Origin: a bacterium
GTDB taxonomy: Bacteria; UBA10199; 2-02-FULL-44-16; JAAZCA01
Reading direction: 5' to 3'
NCBI GenBank assembly: GCA_963674695.2
Contig: CAXXGI010000003.1
Span: 800,001 to 864,000, forward strand
Length of the DNA: 64,000 bases
The notes under the pieces were generated by a model that worked only from the letters and a program-made list of their open reading frames with translations, was not told the origin of the DNA and did no database searches. The position numbers and the translations under genes are program-made. This document shows positions 44,983 through 56,925 of this stretch, one piece after another; positions within the stretch are counted from its first letter, which is position 1; the number at the start of each line of letters is the position of its first letter.

Positions 44983-45381
44983 TTATACCCTGCGACGTTT
45001 TGGCGGCCGGCAACCATTATGCGGAATTGGCGTGATATCGCGAATTCCGGTCACGCGCACGCCGGTTTTGGACAGTGCGCGCAGCGCCGATTCACGACCA
45101 CCGCCGGGCCCACTGACCACCACATTGGCTGCACGCAAACCATGGTCATAGGCTTTGCGCACCGCATCCTCAGCAGCCAGCTGAGCCGCAAAGGGCGTAC
45201 TCTTGCGCGACCCTTTAAAACCACGCACACCGGCGGATGACCATGCAATGACATTGCCCGTCACATCGGTTACGGTGATAATGGTGTTGTTAAACGTCGA
45301 GCGAATATGAACCGTCCCCACAGGGATGTTCTTCTTGACGCGCTTTTTCCCTTTTTTCGCAACCCGCTTTGCTTCCGCCAT
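44983..45381 (-). CDS. rpsK: 30S ribosomal protein S11
   Basis: [21 protein letters not shown] and [15 protein letters not shown] motifs. Confidence 0.98.
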   Translation of the reverse strand: MAEAKRVAKKGKKRVKKNIPVGTVHIRSTFNNTIITVTDVTGNVIAWSSAGVRGFKGSRKSTPFAAQLAAEDAVRKAYDHGLRAANVVVSGPGGGRESALRALSKTGVRVTGIRDITPIPHNGCRPPKRRRV

Positions 45382-45439
45382 GAATAGCCTCCTGATACAG
45401 CAGCCGCTCCTCGGCTGCCCATGAAACAACCATCAATCT

Positions 45440-45817
45440 CTATGCCACCTTCTTCTTTCCGGTGATGGCCATGCGCTTCTTTCCCTTGGTCGTACGGGCA
45501 TTGGTATGCGTCCGCTGACCTCTGCATGGCAGCTTGCGAATGTGACGCTGGCCCCGATAGGAACCCAGGTCCTTGAGGCGTTTGATGTTCGACTGAATCT
45601 CACGGCGCAGGTCACCCTCGACCTTAAACCCGGAGTCGATCACCTCGCGGATCTTCGCAATCTGAGCCTCTGTAAGATCATCAGCTCGAATGCTCTCATC
45701 GATCCCGGCGATATCGAGAATTTTTTTCGATGTCGTCGGTCCGATGCCATAGACGTAGGTGAGCGCAATTACGCTTCTCTTTTTCCCTGGAACGTCGACA
45801 CCCGAAATACGTGGCAT
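45440..45817 (-). CDS. rpsM: 30S ribosomal protein S13
   Basis: ALTY.YGIG, EGDLRRE and [11 protein letters not shown] motifs. Confidence 0.98.
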   Translation of the reverse strand: MPRISGVDVPGKKRSVIALTYVYGIGPTTSKKILDIAGIDESIRADDLTEAQIAKIREVIDSGFKVEGDLRREIQSNIKRLKDLGSYRGQRHIRKLPCRGQRTHTNARTTKGKKRMAITGKKKVA

Positions 45818-45897
45818 AATCTTTCTCCTTTAAGGCCGTTTCATCTCGCGCGAACCACCATGCATCTTGATTCGAACAACGACAAACGAACAACAGA

Positions 45898-46011
45898 TTA
45901 ACCTTGTCTCTGTTTATGCTTCGGATTCACGCAGATCACACGCACAACACCCTTTCGCTTGATGATCTTGCACTTGTCACAAATTTTCTTCACCGATGAA
46001 CGCACCTTCAT
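45898..46011 (-). CDS. rpmJ: 50S ribosomal protein L36 (Zn-binding type)
   Basis: Manual translation [37 protein letters not shown]; below the ORF-track size cutoff. Confidence 0.97.
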   Translation of the reverse strand: MKVRSSVKKICDKCKIIKRKGVVRVICVNPKHKQRQG

Positions 46012-46086
46012 AACTTCCTCCACTTTTCTTCCTCACGAGTGAACGTTCTAGCCCTCTCGCTCAGGATAACCGTGCTCCGAGCACAA

Positions 46087-46305
46087 TCATTTCGTCCGAT
46101 AGGTGATGCGACCTCGCGTTAAATCATAGGGTGAAAGCTCAACGGTCACCTTATCGCCGGGCAGGATTTTAATAAAATGCATCCGCATCTTGCCCGATAC
46201 ATGCGCCAAAACCCGATGGCCATTTTCCAACTCCACCCGGAACATCGCATTTGGCAATGTCTCCAAAACCTTTCCTTCAACGACGATCGCATCGTCCTTT
46301 GCCAT
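46087..46305 (-). CDS. infA: Translation initiation factor IF-1
   Basis: [22 protein letters not shown] and YDLTRGRI motifs. Confidence 0.98.
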   Translation of the reverse strand: MAKDDAIVVEGKVLETLPNAMFRVELENGHRVLAHVSGKMRMHFIKILPGDKVTVELSPYDLTRGRITYRTK

Positions 46306-46322
46306 ATCCACTCCTACAAACG

Positions 46323-47069
46323 TTACAGCACGCTCAGAATTTCAGGGCCGTCGTCCATGATGGCGATCGAATGCTCAAAATGCGCCGAGAGCTTTCGATC
46401 TTTCGTTACCACCGTCCAGCCATCATCAAGCACTTCGACCTCATGCGTACCCAGATTGAACATCGGTTCAAGCGCCACAACCAGACCACGGCGCAACTTC
46501 AATCCTGTTCCCGCTTCACCGAAGTTCGGAACCTGAGGTTCCTCATGAAGACCTCGGCCGATCCCATGACCGACATAATCCCGTACAATCCCGTATCCCG
46601 ATTCCACCGCACAGCGTTCGATGGCAGCAGAGATGTCATGCAATCGATTTCCCACTCGAGCTGCAGCCACACCGCACATGAGCGCCTCTTCAGTCACTCG
46701 CATCAGCTGGCTTGCCTCGCGGGACACCTTTCCCACCGGAAAGGTCCAGGCATGATCGCCAAAAAAACCGTCCAGCAGAACCCCACAATCGACGCTGACG
46801 ATATCACCCTCAATGAGCTCACGCGGCCCGGGAATACCATGAACAATCTGTTCATTCACCGAAACGCAGAGCGTGTGATGATATCCTGGAACCGTCGAAA
46901 ACGCTGGCTTGGCTCCACGGCTCCGGATGTGTTCCGTGGCGATCCATTCCAGATCACCCGTCGTCACCCCCGGCGCGATATTCTCCGCCAAACGCTCCAT
47001 GACCTCCGCCACGATGCGGTTGGATTCGCGGAGCTTATCCACCTCTTCTCGTGATTTGAGAATGATCAT
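46323..47069 (-). CDS. map: Methionine aminopeptidase type I
   Basis: SVNE.IVHGIP, GHGIG..LHEEP, EPM and SAHFEH motifs. Confidence 0.97.
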   Translation of the reverse strand: MIILKSREEVDKLRESNRIVAEVMERLAENIAPGVTTGDLEWIATEHIRSRGAKPAFSTVPGYHHTLCVSVNEQIVHGIPGPRELIEGDIVSVDCGVLLDGFFGDHAWTFPVGKVSREASQLMRVTEEALMCGVAAARVGNRLHDISAAIERCAVESGYGIVRDYVGHGIGRGLHEEPQVPNFGEAGTGLKLRRGLVVALEPMFNLGTHEVEVLDDGWTVVTKDRKLSAHFEHSIAIMDDGPEILSVL

Positions 47070-47089
47070 GGCTTCGCTGCCAAGGCCCA

Positions 47090-47734
47090 TTACGACTCAA
47101 CGGCCTGAATCACGCGTTCAAAGATCGAATCGATCGAGCCTGTTCCTGAAATATTTCGCAACAGGCCTTTGTTCTCATAATAGGCTAAAAGGGGCTCGGT
47201 CTGCGTCTTGTATACCCGCAAGCGATCCCGAACCGTTTGCTCATTATCATCATCACGCTGGTAGAGCTCGCCCCCACAGGAATCGCACACACCATCCTGC
47301 TTCGCCGGTTTGAAGGAAACGTGATACCCCGTTCCACAGGAACGGCACTGACGCCTTCCGGAGAGACGCGCAACAACATCCTCGTCAGTCACATCGAGGT
47401 TCACCGCAGCGGTGAGCTCCTGCTGCATCTGGGCCAGCATCTGATCGAGGGCCTCTGCCTGCCCCTGCGTCCGGGGAAACCCATCCAGGATATAGCCCCC
47501 CTGGCAATCGGATTTCGCTAAACGCTCCCGCATGATGCCGACGATGACATCATCGGTAACGAGTTCGCCGCGATCCATGAAGGCCTTCGCTTGAAGCCCC
47601 ACTTCGGTGCCTTCGCGAACAGCGGCACGCAGCATATCGCCCGTCGACAACTGTGGGATGCCCCACTTCGCTTCGAGCATCTTTCCCTGCGTTCCCTTCC
47701 CGCACCCGGGAGGTCCCATCAATACGATTCGCAT
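47090..47734 (-). CDS. adk: Adenylate kinase (Zn-lid type)
   Basis: GPPGCGKGTQ, STGDMLR, LDGFPRT, CxxC...CxxC and QRDDD motifs. Confidence 0.97.
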   Translation of the reverse strand: MRIVLMGPPGCGKGTQGKMLEAKWGIPQLSTGDMLRAAVREGTEVGLQAKAFMDRGELVTDDVIVGIMRERLAKSDCQGGYILDGFPRTQGQAEALDQMLAQMQQELTAAVNLDVTDEDVVARLSGRRQCRSCGTGYHVSFKPAKQDGVCDSCGGELYQRDDDNEQTVRDRLRVYKTQTEPLLAYYENKGLLRNISGTGSIDSIFERVIQAVES

Positions 47735-47799
47735 AACCTTCGGCATAATCACCCTTTTCACATCACCTTCAAAGAAAACCGCTCACATGATTTTTTCGA

Positions 47800-49107
47800 T
47801 CAACTCTTCCGTCCGCGAAAACGTCCGCCAGCCTTTGCGCCGAGGAACCCTTCATAGTGACGCGTAAGCAGATGCGATTCGATTTGCGACAACGTATCCA
47901 TCGCCACGCCGACGACGATCAGCAACGAGGTACCACCGAAGGTGTAGGCAAGCGATGACGGAATACCAAAATGCCTGATCAGAAACTGCGGCAGGATACA
48001 AACCGCCGCCACATAGAGGGCACCACCAAGCGTAATCCGCGTAAGCACTCGATCGATATAATCCGCCGTATTCTTCCCTGGACGTATGCCAGGGATAAAT
48101 CCGCCGTATTTCTTCATATTATCCGCAACATCGATCGGATTGAAGGTGACCGCCGTATAGAAGAACGCAAAGAAGATAATCAAACCGGCATAGAGAGACG
48201 TGTAGATCCAGCCGGAAGAGAGCGTGCCGGCGATCTTCTGCATCACCCCACCCTCTGAGAACTGCGCGATCGTTGCCGGAAACATAATGATAGAAGAGGC
48301 AAAGATGGCCGGAATCACGCCCGCCGTATTGACCTTGAGGGGGAGATGCGAGCTCTGCCCCCCATACATCTTATTTCCTACCACGCGCTTCGCATACTGA
48401 ACCGGAATACGGCGCTGGGCGCGCTCGACATAGATGATAACGCCGATGATGAGCGCAATAAATGCACAGAGCACCACGAATCCAAAGAAGCCAGCAAACT
48501 GTTCCTTGGTCATCCAGGCATCACGGAAGCCGATCGGAATACGCGTCACGATACCGGCGAAGATGATAAGCGAAATACCGTTTCCAATGCCACGTTCGGT
48601 GATCATCTCGCCCAGCCACATGAGAAAGGCCGTACCAGCCGCAAGCGTCACCATGGTGGTAAAATAAAACTGCCACGGTTCGACGCCGGGGAGCACCGCC
48701 CCCTGCTGTTTGAGGCCGTAACTGATACCGAACCCCTGAATGAGCGAAAGCACCACCGTCCCATACCGGGTGTACTGTGTAATTTTCTTGCGACCAGCGT
48801 CCCCCTCTTTCGAGAGACGCTCGATCGAAGGAACCGCCACCGTCAGCAGCTGAAAGATGATCGACGCGCTGATGTAGGGCATGATACCAAGCGCAAAGAC
48901 CGAAAACTGCGACAGCGCGCCACCGGAGAAGAGATTGAAGATTTCAAAGATCGTTCCCTGCGAGACAATTTTACGCACCGCTTCGGCACTGATCCCTGGA
49001 GTAGGAACGTAGATGCCGATTCGATAGATCCCAAGCATCAAAATCGTGAAGAGAATACGTTTACGAAGCTCCGGAATCTTGGCGATGTTCGCAAAATTCT
49101 CAGCCAC
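47800..49107 (-). CDS. secY: Preprotein translocase SecY
   Basis: [34 protein letters not shown] and [11 protein letters not shown] motifs. Confidence 0.98.
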   Translation of the reverse strand: MAENFANIAKIPELRKRILFTILMLGIYRIGIYVPTPGISAEAVRKIVSQGTIFEIFNLFSGGALSQFSVFALGIMPYISASIIFQLLTVAVPSIERLSKEGDAGRKKITQYTRYGTVVLSLIQGFGISYGLKQQGAVLPGVEPWQFYFTTMVTLAAGTAFLMWLGEMITERGIGNGISLIIFAGIVTRIPIGFRDAWMTKEQFAGFFGFVVLCAFIALIIGVIIYVERAQRRIPVQYAKRVVGNKMYGGQSSHLPLKVNTAGVIPAIFASSIIMFPATIAQFSEGGVMQKIAGTLSSGWIYTSLYAGLIIFFAFFYTAVTFNPIDVADNMKKYGGFIPGIRPGKNTADYIDRVLTRITLGGALYVAAVCILPQFLIRHFGIPSSLAYTFGGTSLLIVVGVAMDTLSQIESHLLTRHYEGFLGAKAGGRFRGRKS

Positions 49108-49549
49108 GTATCACCTCGACGGTTCCGCCAGCCGCTTCGATCTTGCTGCGCGCCGTCGCAGAAATGGCACGCACCTTGAGCGTAATGGGATTCGCAATTT
49201 CACCGCGACCCAACACCTTGATGCCATCGAAGAGACGACCCGTCATACCGCGTTCGAGAATAAGCTCTTCCGTGACGACCGTCCCCGCCTCGAGTACGGC
49301 GAGCTGCTCGACATTGATGATGCCGTAACGCGTCGCAAAAATATTCGTAAAGCCGCGCTTCGGAAGGCGCCGACGCAGTGGCATCTGACCGCCTTCGAAG
49401 CCCACCTTATGGTAGCCACCGGCGCGCGCCTTCTGTCCCTTGTGGCCACGGCCAGCCGTTCCACCCTGTCCGGAGGCGTCGCCACGCCCAAGGCGCTTTG
49501 TCTTTTTCTTCTTCCGCCCCTGTGGGCGCGGGATCTCATTCAATTTCAT
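49100..49549 (-). CDS. rplO: 50S ribosomal protein L15
   Basis: [10 protein letters not shown] and [16 protein letters not shown] motifs. Confidence 0.97.
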   Translation of the reverse strand: MKLNEIPRPQGRKKKKTKRLGRGDASGQGGTAGRGHKGQKARAGGYHKVGFEGGQMPLRRRLPKRGFTNIFATRYGIINVEQLAVLEAGTVVTEELILERGMTGRLFDGIKVLGRGEIANPITLKVRAISATARSKIEAAGGTVEVIRG

Positions 49550-49577
49550 ATCATCGCTCCTTCGCGCAGAAAACCGG

Positions 49578-49778
49578 TCACGCCGACACCTGGGCGCCAT
49601 CCTCAACGATCTGCACCAGATGCGCCACGCTCTTCACCATGCCGCGCGTCTCTGCCGTATCGATTATCGTCCGAACATGCTGCATCCGCCGCAGTCCTAA
49701 ACCGACGACGGTCGCACGATGTTTGGGCTTTGCTCCGTTAGGACTCCGAACGAGTTTTACTTTCATCATCGCTGCCAT
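49578..49778 (-). CDS. rpmD: 50S ribosomal protein L30
   Basis: VKLVRS...T...LGLRR...RGM...V.HLV pattern; start may be 49769 or 49766. Confidence 0.93.
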   Translation of the reverse strand: MAAMMKVKLVRSPNGAKPKHRATVVGLGLRRMQHVRTIIDTAETRGMVKSVAHLVQIVEDGAQVSA

Positions 49779-50256
49779 GTTTGGACCTCATGCGTGCTTT
49801 GGCCTCCGGCGTGATAAGCCGGGTCAGGCCGTTCAATGTTGCCTTGATCACATTATGCGGGTTGTTCGTGCCAATGCACTTGGTCAGGATATTGTGAATC
49901 CCAGCCGCCTCGACCACCGCACGAACGGGGCCACCAGCGATCACGCCCGTACCTTTCGATGCGGGCTTGAGGACGACCCGACCGGCACCATAGCGCCCGA
50001 TAATCTCATGGGGAATGGTTTCATCCAGGATCGGAATCTGCTTGAGATTTCGCTTTGCCCGCTCGGTCGCTTTTTGAATGGCCGGCGGCACTTCCTTTGC
50101 CTTACCCAGGCCGCAACCAACGCTCCCGCTGCCATCGCCCACGACGACCAACGCCGAAAAACTAAAGCGTTTTCCGCCCTTGACGACCTTCGCAACACGG
50201 CCGATATGCACCACCCGCTCGATCAGTTCTGATTTTGGCTTTCTGAAGGATTCCAT
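49738..50256 (-). CDS. rpsE: 30S ribosomal protein S5
   Basis: [20 protein letters not shown] and GTGVIAGG motifs. Confidence 0.97.
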   Translation of the reverse strand: MESFRKPKSELIERVVHIGRVAKVVKGGKRFSFSALVVVGDGSGSVGCGLGKAKEVPPAIQKATERAKRNLKQIPILDETIPHEIIGRYGAGRVVLKPASKGTGVIAGGPVRAVVEAAGIHNILTKCIGTNNPHNVIKATLNGLTRLITPEAKARMRSKHGSDDESKTRSES

Positions 50257-50615
50257 CAGAATTTCAATCCTTTCTGCCGTGCGGCTTCCGCGAGCGCCTT
50301 GACACGCCCGTGATAGAGGCATCCGTTGCGATCGAACACAACCTGGTCTATGCCGTTTTGCTTCGCCCGCTCGGCGATCCATTCGCCGACCGTCTTCGCC
50401 CCATCGCAGTTTCCACCCTTCTTCCCGCTCTCTTGGAACGGCTTCTCGTAGGTGGATGCTGCCACAAGCGTCTTGCCACTCAGGTCATCCGTTAGCTGGA
50501 CGCTGATATGATTGAGACTCCGAAAGACACTCATTCGAGGACGCTCAGGCGTACCCGAAATTTTTTTCCGAATGCGGCGCTTGCGACGCATGCGACTAAC
50601 CCGACGTGTTTCCAT
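50256..50615 (-). CDS. rplR: 50S ribosomal protein L18
   Basis: RPR.SVFRS and [18 protein letters not shown] motifs. Confidence 0.97.
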   Translation of the reverse strand: METRRVSRMRRKRRIRKKISGTPERPRMSVFRSLNHISVQLTDDLSGKTLVAASTYEKPFQESGKKGGNCDGAKTVGEWIAERAKQNGIDQVVFDRNGCLYHGRVKALAEAARQKGLKF

Positions 50616-50618
50616 CTG

Positions 50619-51179
50619 TTATCCTCCCGTTCCCGCGGCTGCCTTACCGACCTTGCGCCGCACGACTTCATCCGAATATCGAACACCCTTACCCTTATAC
50701 GGCTCAGGTGGACGCAGACGTCGAATGCGTGCAGCGGTCTCACCCACCAACTGCCGATCGGAGCCGCTGATCGTTACGCGCGTCTGTTTCTCCACCGCCA
50801 CATCGATGCCCTTCGGCAACGCGAACTCAACCGGATGGGAGAACCCCAAGCTGAGGTTGAGCGTACTGCCTTTTGCTTCGGCGCGATACCCCACGCCGAC
50901 AATCTCGAGCGTTCGAGTGAACCCCTCTGAAACGCCCGTAGCCATATTTTGGATGAGCGCGCGCAACAATCCCTGCTGGGTGCTACCGGCACGGTTATCC
51001 TGGCGTCGCGTCACCGTGATCGACTCACCGTCGATGGCGAGCTGCACAACGGGGTAGCGTGCCTCTGACACGTCCAACGTGAGCAGCCCCTTCGGCCCCT
51101 TTACGGTCAGCACACCGTTCGCAATTGATGCCGTCACTCCTTTTGCAAGATTGACCGGCCGTTTCCCTATTCGAGACAT
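50619..51179 (-). CDS. rplF: 50S ribosomal protein L6
   Basis: MSRIGK.P, VKGPKG and PEPYKGKG.RY motifs. Confidence 0.97.
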   Translation of the reverse strand: MSRIGKRPVNLAKGVTASIANGVLTVKGPKGLLTLDVSEARYPVVQLAIDGESITVTRRQDNRAGSTQQGLLRALIQNMATGVSEGFTRTLEIVGVGYRAEAKGSTLNLSLGFSHPVEFALPKGIDVAVEKQTRVTISGSDRQLVGETAARIRRLRPPEPYKGKGVRYSDEVVRRKVGKAAAGTGG

Positions 51180-51204
51180 ATCGATTCTCCCATCGTTCTC
51201 ATCA

Positions 51205-51603
51205 TCACCAAATACTGCAGAGCACTTCACCACCGACACCATGACGTTTCGCATCGACATCTTTGAGCACACCCTTCGACGTTGAGAGCACCGCGACGCC
51301 AATACCCTGCCGGTTCGGCCGGATCTCGTGTGCCTGAATATACTTACGGCGACCGAGCTTGCTCTCACGCTGCAAATTATGAAACACCGGCTTGCCCTCA
51401 TCGGTGTAGCGGATTTCGATGAGAATCTGACGGCGCCATCCTTCGCCGACCGTCTCGATATTCCCAACAAAGCCCTCTTTACTCATAACGTTCGCAACCG
51501 CCTCGCAGATACGCGAATACGGCACCACAGCGCGCTCGTGTTTGGCATGCGCTGCATTGCGAACACGTGTCAGTAAATCGGCAATAGGATCATTGACTGG
51601 CAT
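51205..51603 (-). CDS. rpsH: 30S ribosomal protein S8
   Basis: DPIADLLTR.RN, STSKG and GGEV motifs. Confidence 0.97.
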   Translation of the reverse strand: MPVNDPIADLLTRVRNAAHAKHERAVVPYSRICEAVANVMSKEGFVGNIETVGEGWRRQILIEIRYTDEGKPVFHNLQRESKLGRRKYIQAHEIRPNRQGIGVAVLSTSKGVLKDVDAKRHGVGGEVLCSIW

Positions 51604-51662
51604 AGCTTCCTCATCTCATTCTGCCATCGACGGCGTCAACGCGCCGCCCTTCGGCGATGAAT

Positions 51663-51848
51663 TCACCAACTCGATTTAACCACCCCCGGGAGATCACCCG
51701 AGAGCGCCATATTCCGAAAACAAATGCGACACATATCGAAACGTCGCATATAGGCCCTTGGACGCCCGCAGATCGGACAGCGGTTATAGCCGCGCACCCG
51801 ATACTTCGGTTTGCTCTTTGCCTTGTTCATCAAACAGGTCTTAGCCAT
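51663..51848 (-). CDS. rpsZ: 30S ribosomal protein S14 type Z
   Basis: RCPICGRPR...CRICFR...PGV.KSSW; 61 aa. Confidence 0.96.
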   Translation of the reverse strand: MAKTCLMNKAKSKPKYRVRGYNRCPICGRPRAYMRRFDMCRICFRNMALSGDLPGVVKSSW

Positions 51849-51910
51849 TGTATCCTCGTCGTTCGTTGTTCGTCATTCGTTGCGCATTCGCACGAATCGC
51901 GAACCATGAA

Positions 51911-52588
51911 TTACGCTGTCCTAAAAGGCATCCCCATAAGCTTGAGAAGCGCCCGACCCTCATCATCCGTATTCGCTGTCGTGACAAAGGTGATGTTCAT
52001 CCCATTCGTACGCTGAACCTTGTCGTAGTCCACCTCAGGAAAAACCGTCTGCTCCGTGATGCCGAGGGTGTAATTGCCACGACCATCAAAAGCCTTATTC
52101 GAAATACCCTTGAAATCGCGAACCCGAGGAAGCGCCACGTTGACCAGTCGATTCATGAATTCGAACATGCTCTTCCCACGCAGCGTCACGCTTGCACCGA
52201 CCGCTTGCCCTTTGCGCAATTTGAAGTTCGCAATCGAATTCTTCGCCTTGGTGATGACCGGACGCTGGCCTGTAATCGCTGCGATCTCAGCGGCCGCCGT
52301 CTGGAGGATCTTGATATCCTGAAGCGCCTCTTTGATAGAGGTGTTGACCACAATCTTCGTCAGCTTCGGCACCTGCATCCGGTTGACATAGCCAAACTGT
52401 TTGGTGAGCGCCTCTACGCATTCTTCAACATACTTCCGCTCGAGGCTCGAAGGCACCTTCGGCTTGAGTTCCTTGCGCGGCTTTGCCTTCTTCTCGCCGC
52501 CTTCAGCCTGAGCGTTGGCTTTGCCCTTGGCCTTTGCCTTCTCTGGCGCCTTCTCTTTGGCTTTTTTCTGTTCCTTCTTCTCTGTCAC
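51911..52588 (-). CDS. rplE: 50S ribosomal protein L5 with a Lys/Ala/Glu-rich N-terminal extension
   Basis: GTG start after AAGGAGGA; PKL.KIVVN, ITGQ.P, LPRVRDF.G and [10 protein letters not shown] motifs. Confidence 0.96.
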   Translation of the reverse strand: MTEKKEQKKAKEKAPEKAKAKGKANAQAEGGEKKAKPRKELKPKVPSSLERKYVEECVEALTKQFGYVNRMQVPKLTKIVVNTSIKEALQDIKILQTAAAEIAAITGQRPVITKAKNSIANFKLRKGQAVGASVTLRGKSMFEFMNRLVNVALPRVRDFKGISNKAFDGRGNYTLGITEQTVFPEVDYDKVQRTNGMNITFVTTANTDDEGRALLKLMGMPFRTA

Positions 52589-52622
52589 AGCTTCCTCCTT
52601 TAACCCGTCACGCGGGGAGGCA

Positions 52623-52940
52623 TCACTTGGCCGACTCGATAATCTCGTTTGAACGCTTCGATATGCGAACCTTCCGCTCATCGACCACTTTGAAACCGAT
52701 GCGCGTCGGCTTGCCCAGTTTTTCATCATAGTACATCACATTGGAGACATTGATCGCTGCCTCTTTCTCGATGATGCCACCCTGGCGGTGCTGCGCAGAG
52801 GGCTTCTGGTGTCGCTTCACCAGATTGAGACGCTCCACCCAGACCCGGTTCGTCTTGCGATCGACGCGAAAGATCTTTCCCGTCTTTCCCTTGTCTTTCC
52901 CGGTAATTATCTGAACCATATCACCATTACGAATCTTCAT
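52623..52940 (-). CDS. rplX: 50S ribosomal protein L24
   Basis: GD.V.II.GKDKGK.G and GGIIEKEA motifs. Confidence 0.97.
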   Translation of the reverse strand: MKIRNGDMVQIITGKDKGKTGKIFRVDRKTNRVWVERLNLVKRHQKPSAQHRQGGIIEKEAAINVSNVMYYDEKLGKPTRIGFKVVDERKVRISKRSNEIIESAK

Positions 52941-52976
52941 CACAACCTCGTTGTTCGTTAAATGAAAAATTAAATA

Positions 52977-53345
52977 TCAGAGCACTTCCGGTGCCAGTGA
53001 AATAATCTTCACATATTTCTTCGCGCGCAACTCCCTCGCTACCGGCCCAAAAATACGCGTCCCGATCGGCTCGCCATTGTCTCCGATGAGAACTGCCGAA
53101 TTGCCATCAAACCGGATCGTCGAACCATCGCTCCGGCGCAGCTCCTTCTTCGTGCGCACGATAACCGCTTTCTTGACATCGCCCTTCTTCACCTTCGAGC
53201 GAGGAATCGCCTCCTTCACAGAGACAACGATGATATCGCCCACCGTCGCATACCGGCGCTTCGACCCACCCAAGACCTTAATACAGCTCAGGCGCTTGGC
53301 ACCCGAGTTGTCGGCAACATCCAATTCGCTCATATGCTGAATCAT
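52977..53345 (-). CDS. rplN: 50S ribosomal protein L14
   Basis: [21 protein letters not shown] and SLAPEVL motifs. Confidence 0.98.
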   Translation of the reverse strand: MIQHMSELDVADNSGAKRLSCIKVLGGSKRRYATVGDIIVVSVKEAIPRSKVKKGDVKKAVIVRTKKELRRSDGSTIRFDGNSAVLIGDNGEPIGTRIFGPVARELRAKKYVKIISLAPEVL

Positions 53346-53391
53346 ATCGTACTCCTACCCTCCATCGTTCGAGGGTCCAGGGCGGACAGCG

Positions 53392-53658
53392 TCAATCGAC
53401 GATCTCCGCCTTCCGTAAAATGGATTCTACGCGCCAGCGTTTCCGCTTTGACAACGGACGACACTCGCGGATCGCAACCTGATCTCCACAACGACATTCG
53501 TTTGCCTCATCGTGCGCCATAAAACGGCTCTTCCGACGAATGTATTTCTTGAAACGCTCATCGAGCACCGTGCGAGAGACCTCAACGACGACACTCTTGT
53601 CCATCGCATCACTCTTCACGACGCCGATCTTATGTTTTTTGTTCACTGTATCAGACAT
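53392..53658 (-). CDS. rpsQ: 30S ribosomal protein S17
   Basis: G.V.SD.MDKS.VV, AHDE.N and ECRPLSK.KRW motifs. Confidence 0.97.
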   Translation of the reverse strand: MSDTVNKKHKIGVVKSDAMDKSVVVEVSRTVLDERFKKYIRRKSRFMAHDEANECRCGDQVAIRECRPLSKRKRWRVESILRKAEIVD

Positions 53659-53659
53659 A

Positions 53660-53869
53660 TTATTTCGCCTCCTTCGCAGCGCTCCGCTCACGCTCGACTA
53701 ATATCGTCTTCACTCGCGCCAGGTCCCGCTGTGTCTTGCGAATATTCGCTGTCTGCTTGAGCTGGCCCGCACCCTTACGAAAACGAAGGCGAAAGACCTC
53801 CTCCTGCAAATCCTGCGAAAACTTTGAAAGCTCTTCTGTCGACTTCACCCTCATCTCACTTGGCTTCAC
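53660..53869 (-). CDS. rpmC: 50S ribosomal protein L29
   Basis: F.LRF....GQL and ARVKTIL motifs; position in the S10 operon. Confidence 0.95.
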   Translation of the reverse strand: MKPSEMRVKSTEELSKFSQDLQEEVFRLRFRKGAGQLKQTANIRKTQRDLARVKTILVERERSAAKEAK

Positions 53870-54281
53870 GATAGCCCTCCCGCGCGACGATCTTCGTCTT
53901 CACCGGCAACTTGTGCGAGGCGAGGCGAAGTGCCTCGACTGCAACACTGTGTTCAACGCCGGCCATCTCATAGAGCATGCGGCCGCGCTTGACCGGGGCA
54001 ACCCAATCCTCAGGACTTCCTTTTCCTTTTCCCATGCGAACTTCAGCCGGTTTCTTTGAAATCGGCTTATCCGGGAAAATCCGAACCCAGAGCTTGCCCC
54101 CACGCTTGGTGGCACGGCTCATCGCCATGCGCGCAGCTTCGATCTGACGCGCCGTAACACGACCATGCGTGATCGCCTGCAACCCATAGTCGCCGAATGA
54201 AAGATTACAACCACGGCGTGCAACACCGCGAATGCGACCCTTCTGGTGTTTTCGAAATTTTGTCTTTGACGGTTGTAACAT
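53856..54281 (-). CDS. rplP: 50S ribosomal protein L16
   Basis: QIEAAR and [20 protein letters not shown] motifs. Confidence 0.98.
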   Translation of the reverse strand: MLQPSKTKFRKHQKGRIRGVARRGCNLSFGDYGLQAITHGRVTARQIEAARMAMSRATKRGGKLWVRIFPDKPISKKPAEVRMGKGKGSPEDWVAPVKRGRMLYEMAGVEHSVAVEALRLASHKLPVKTKIVAREGYREAK

Positions 54282-54305
54282 GTCAGCTCCGTATTCGCTT
54301 CAATC

Positions 54306-54983
54306 CTATCGGCTTGCGGCAAGTCGTGGCGCTCCCAACGGCTGCTGCGCACGATCTCCAAGGATTTCACCTTTGTAGACCCACGTCTTCACTCCGATGA
54401 TGCCGTAGGTGGTTTTCGCCTCAGCAAATCCATAATCGACGTCCGCACGTAACGTGTGCAGCGGAACGCGACCTTCACGATACCATTCACGGCGCGCAAT
54501 TTCAGCCCCACCCAGACGGCCTGAACACTGAATTCGAATGCCTTCCGCGCCGAGCTTCAGTGCCGACTGCACCGCCTTTTTCATCGCGCGGCGGAAAGCG
54601 ACACGGCGGATCAACTGCCCTGCAACATTCTCCGCCACTAGCTGCGCATCGATCTCCGCCTTGCGCACTTCGCGAATATTAACCGTCACATCTTCATTCA
54701 TCCGCTGCTGCAGATCGATGCGCAATGAATCGATTCCAGCGCCCTTCTTCCCGATGACGAGTCCAGGACGGGCGGTAAAAATATTGATGATCACCTTGCC
54801 CGCGGCTCGCTCGATATCGACATGAGAAACGCCCGTATGATAGAGCCGCTTTTTGATCTCAAGTCGAATATAGCGATCGTCGTGTACCTGTTTCTGATAG
54901 GCCCCTTTCGGAGCATACCAGCGCGAACCCCAGGTCTTGGTCACGCCGAGCCGAAAACCGATTGGATGCGTCTTCTGTCCCAT
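54306..54983 (-). CDS. rpsC: 30S ribosomal protein S3
   Basis: [23 protein letters not shown] and [11 protein letters not shown] motifs. Confidence 0.98.
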   Translation of the reverse strand: MGQKTHPIGFRLGVTKTWGSRWYAPKGAYQKQVHDDRYIRLEIKKRLYHTGVSHVDIERAAGKVIINIFTARPGLVIGKKGAGIDSLRIDLQQRMNEDVTVNIREVRKAEIDAQLVAENVAGQLIRRVAFRRAMKKAVQSALKLGAEGIRIQCSGRLGGAEIARREWYREGRVPLHTLRADVDYGFAEAKTTYGIIGVKTWVYKGEILGDRAQQPLGAPRLAASR

Positions 54984-54989
54984 AACATC

Positions 54990-55070
54990 TCCGTAATCCG
55001 TTAACCGTTATCTGTGATCCGATCATCTCATGACCCCCACCGGATCACGGATACCGGATCACGAGTCACG
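54990..55070. repeat. Degenerate heptamer hairpin in the rplV-rpsC spacer
   Basis: CCGTAAT CCGTTAA CCGTTAT CTGTGAT CCG ... CGGATCA CGGATAC CGGATCA CGAGTCA. Confidence 0.75.
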
Positions 55071-55071
55071 T

Positions 55072-55404
55072 CTATCTTTCATCCAACGTAATTGAAAGCC
55101 GGCTCGTGCGCTTGAGAACGGGCGTCGCCATTCCACGTGCGCGCGGCATCCAGCGACGCATCGTCGGCCCTTTGTCGACGAGCAATTCTTTCACATAGAG
55201 ATTATCCAGATCGACCCCGCCCTGCTGGTCGGCATTGGCAACCGCTGATTTGATCAGCTTGAGCAACGGCTGTGCTGCACGCCGTGGGCAAAACGTCAAA
55301 TAATCGATCGCCTTCTGGACATCCTCACCACGAACCTGATCCGCAACGACGCGAACCTTCCGCGGCGAAATTCGCAACAATTTCACGCGTGCATTCGAAG
55401 CCAT
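55072..55404 (-). CDS. rplV: 50S ribosomal protein L22
   Basis: RISPRK.R.VAD, SAVANA and PRARG motifs. Confidence 0.97.
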   Translation of the reverse strand: MASNARVKLLRISPRKVRVVADQVRGEDVQKAIDYLTFCPRRAAQPLLKLIKSAVANADQQGGVDLDNLYVKELLVDKGPTMRRWMPRARGMATPVLKRTSRLSITLDER

Positions 55405-55691
55405 CACTTCCCTCCTTTGACCGACGTCTTCCGATCTCCTGAATGCCCACGAAAGAGTCGGGTATGGGAGAACTCGCCCAACTTATGTCCCACCATATTC
55501 TCCGTCACATAGACCGGAATAAACTTCCGCCCATTATGAACGGCAACGGTCAATCCCACCATATCCGGGAACACGGTGGAGCGACGCGACCAGGTGCGAA
55601 TCAACTGACGATCGCCTCCGCCCTGCGCCAGCTGCACCTTCCGGAGCAGATGGGTATCGATGAATGGTCCCTTTTTAAGTGAACGTGCCAT
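55404..55691 (-). CDS. rpsS: 30S ribosomal protein S19
   Basis: [15 protein letters not shown] and MVGHKLGEF motifs. Confidence 0.98.
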   Translation of the reverse strand: MARSLKKGPFIDTHLLRKVQLAQGGGDRQLIRTWSRRSTVFPDMVGLTVAVHNGRKFIPVYVTENMVGHKLGEFSHTRLFRGHSGDRKTSVKGGK

Positions 55692-55740
55692 ATCGCTTCC
55701 TCAATCATCGGGCGACACGTTATACGTGCCGCACTGGACG

Positions 55741-56571
55741 TTAGCGCTTCTTTTTGCGCGACGAGACGATAAACCGCTGCGTGCGCTGATTGCTTCTCGT
55801 TTTCTTCCCCTTCGTACACCAACCCCAAGGGGAGACCGGATTACGACCACCGGTCGTACGGCCCTCGCCACCACCATGCGGATGGTCAACCGGATTCATC
55901 GCTGAACCACGAACGTGCGGCCTCCGACCCATGTGGCGGGTCCTTCCGGCCTTGCCGATGACCTGATTCTCATGCTCGACATTGCCGACCTGACCAACCG
56001 TGGCCCAGCAATTGACGTGAATCATACGCACTTCGCCGGACGGGAGTTTGACCTGCGCGTAGGTCCCTTCGCGCGCCATCAACTGCGCAACCGCGCCTGC
56101 ACTCCGTACAATTTTTCCGCCCGCGCCGGGCCTGAGCTCAATATTGTGAATCGTCGTTCCCAGCGGAATATTCTGCAACGGCATGGAGTTTCCGGGAGCA
56201 ATCTCCGCGCGCTCTGATGCCACAATACGATCACCGACGTTGAGGCCAACCGGCGCAAGGATATAGCGCTTCTCGCCATCGACGTAGTTGAGCAATGCGA
56301 TGCGGGCCGAACGATTCGGATCATACTCGATCGCACTGACCTTCGCCGGAATATCCCGTTTGTTCCGGCGAAAATCGATAATACGATATTTCCGTTTCGC
56401 GCCACCGCCACGATGCCGAAGCGTAATCCGGCCGTTATTATTTCTTCCGGCGCTCTTCGTACACGCCTCGGTCAACGCGCGCTCAGGACGCTTCTTCGTC
56501 AAGTCGGAGAAATCACACCCGCTCATTCCTCTTCGTCCTGGTGTGGTCGGCTGATAGTTCTTGATAGCCAT
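55741..56571 (-). CDS. rplB: 50S ribosomal protein L2
   Basis: [11 protein letters not shown] and [14 protein letters not shown] motifs. Confidence 0.98.
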   Translation of the reverse strand: MAIKNYQPTTPGRRGMSGCDFSDLTKKRPERALTEACTKSAGRNNNGRITLRHRGGGAKRKYRIIDFRRNKRDIPAKVSAIEYDPNRSARIALLNYVDGEKRYILAPVGLNVGDRIVASERAEIAPGNSMPLQNIPLGTTIHNIELRPGAGGKIVRSAGAVAQLMAREGTYAQVKLPSGEVRMIHVNCWATVGQVGNVEHENQVIGKAGRTRHMGRRPHVRGSAMNPVDHPHGGGEGRTTGGRNPVSPWGWCTKGKKTRSNQRTQRFIVSSRKKKR

Positions 56572-56637
56572 GGTGCTCCTCACGAATCTGCCACCGTCGG
56601 CAGCATGGTGCGTGTCACAGTTCCTTCACATCCAAAC

Positions 56638-56925
56638 CTATACTCCGTCGAGAAAATCGATCCGCTCGCCCTCTTTCAAAGAGACGATCGCCTTCTTCCA
56701 CGAATGCGTTCGCCCGACACTTCTTCCAACTCTTTTATACTTACCGGGCACCTTCATCGTGCGCACTTCCGTAACCGAAACTTTGAAGACGCGCTCGATC
56801 GCATCGCGAATATCATACTTCGTCGCCCGACGATCCACCTCGAAGCTGTATTTGTTGCATTCCTGCTGCGCAACCGACCCCTTCTCAGTCACCAGCGGCT
56901 TTTTGATCACGTCGTAGGTATTCAC
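56638..56925 (-). CDS. rplW: 50S ribosomal protein L23
   Basis: P.VTEK, ATK..I..AIE..F.V and WKKAIV.L motifs. Confidence 0.96.
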   Translation of the reverse strand: MNTYDVIKKPLVTEKGSVAQQECNKYSFEVDRRATKYDIRDAIERVFKVSVTEVRTMKVPGKYKRVGRSVGRTHSWKKAIVSLKEGERIDFLDGV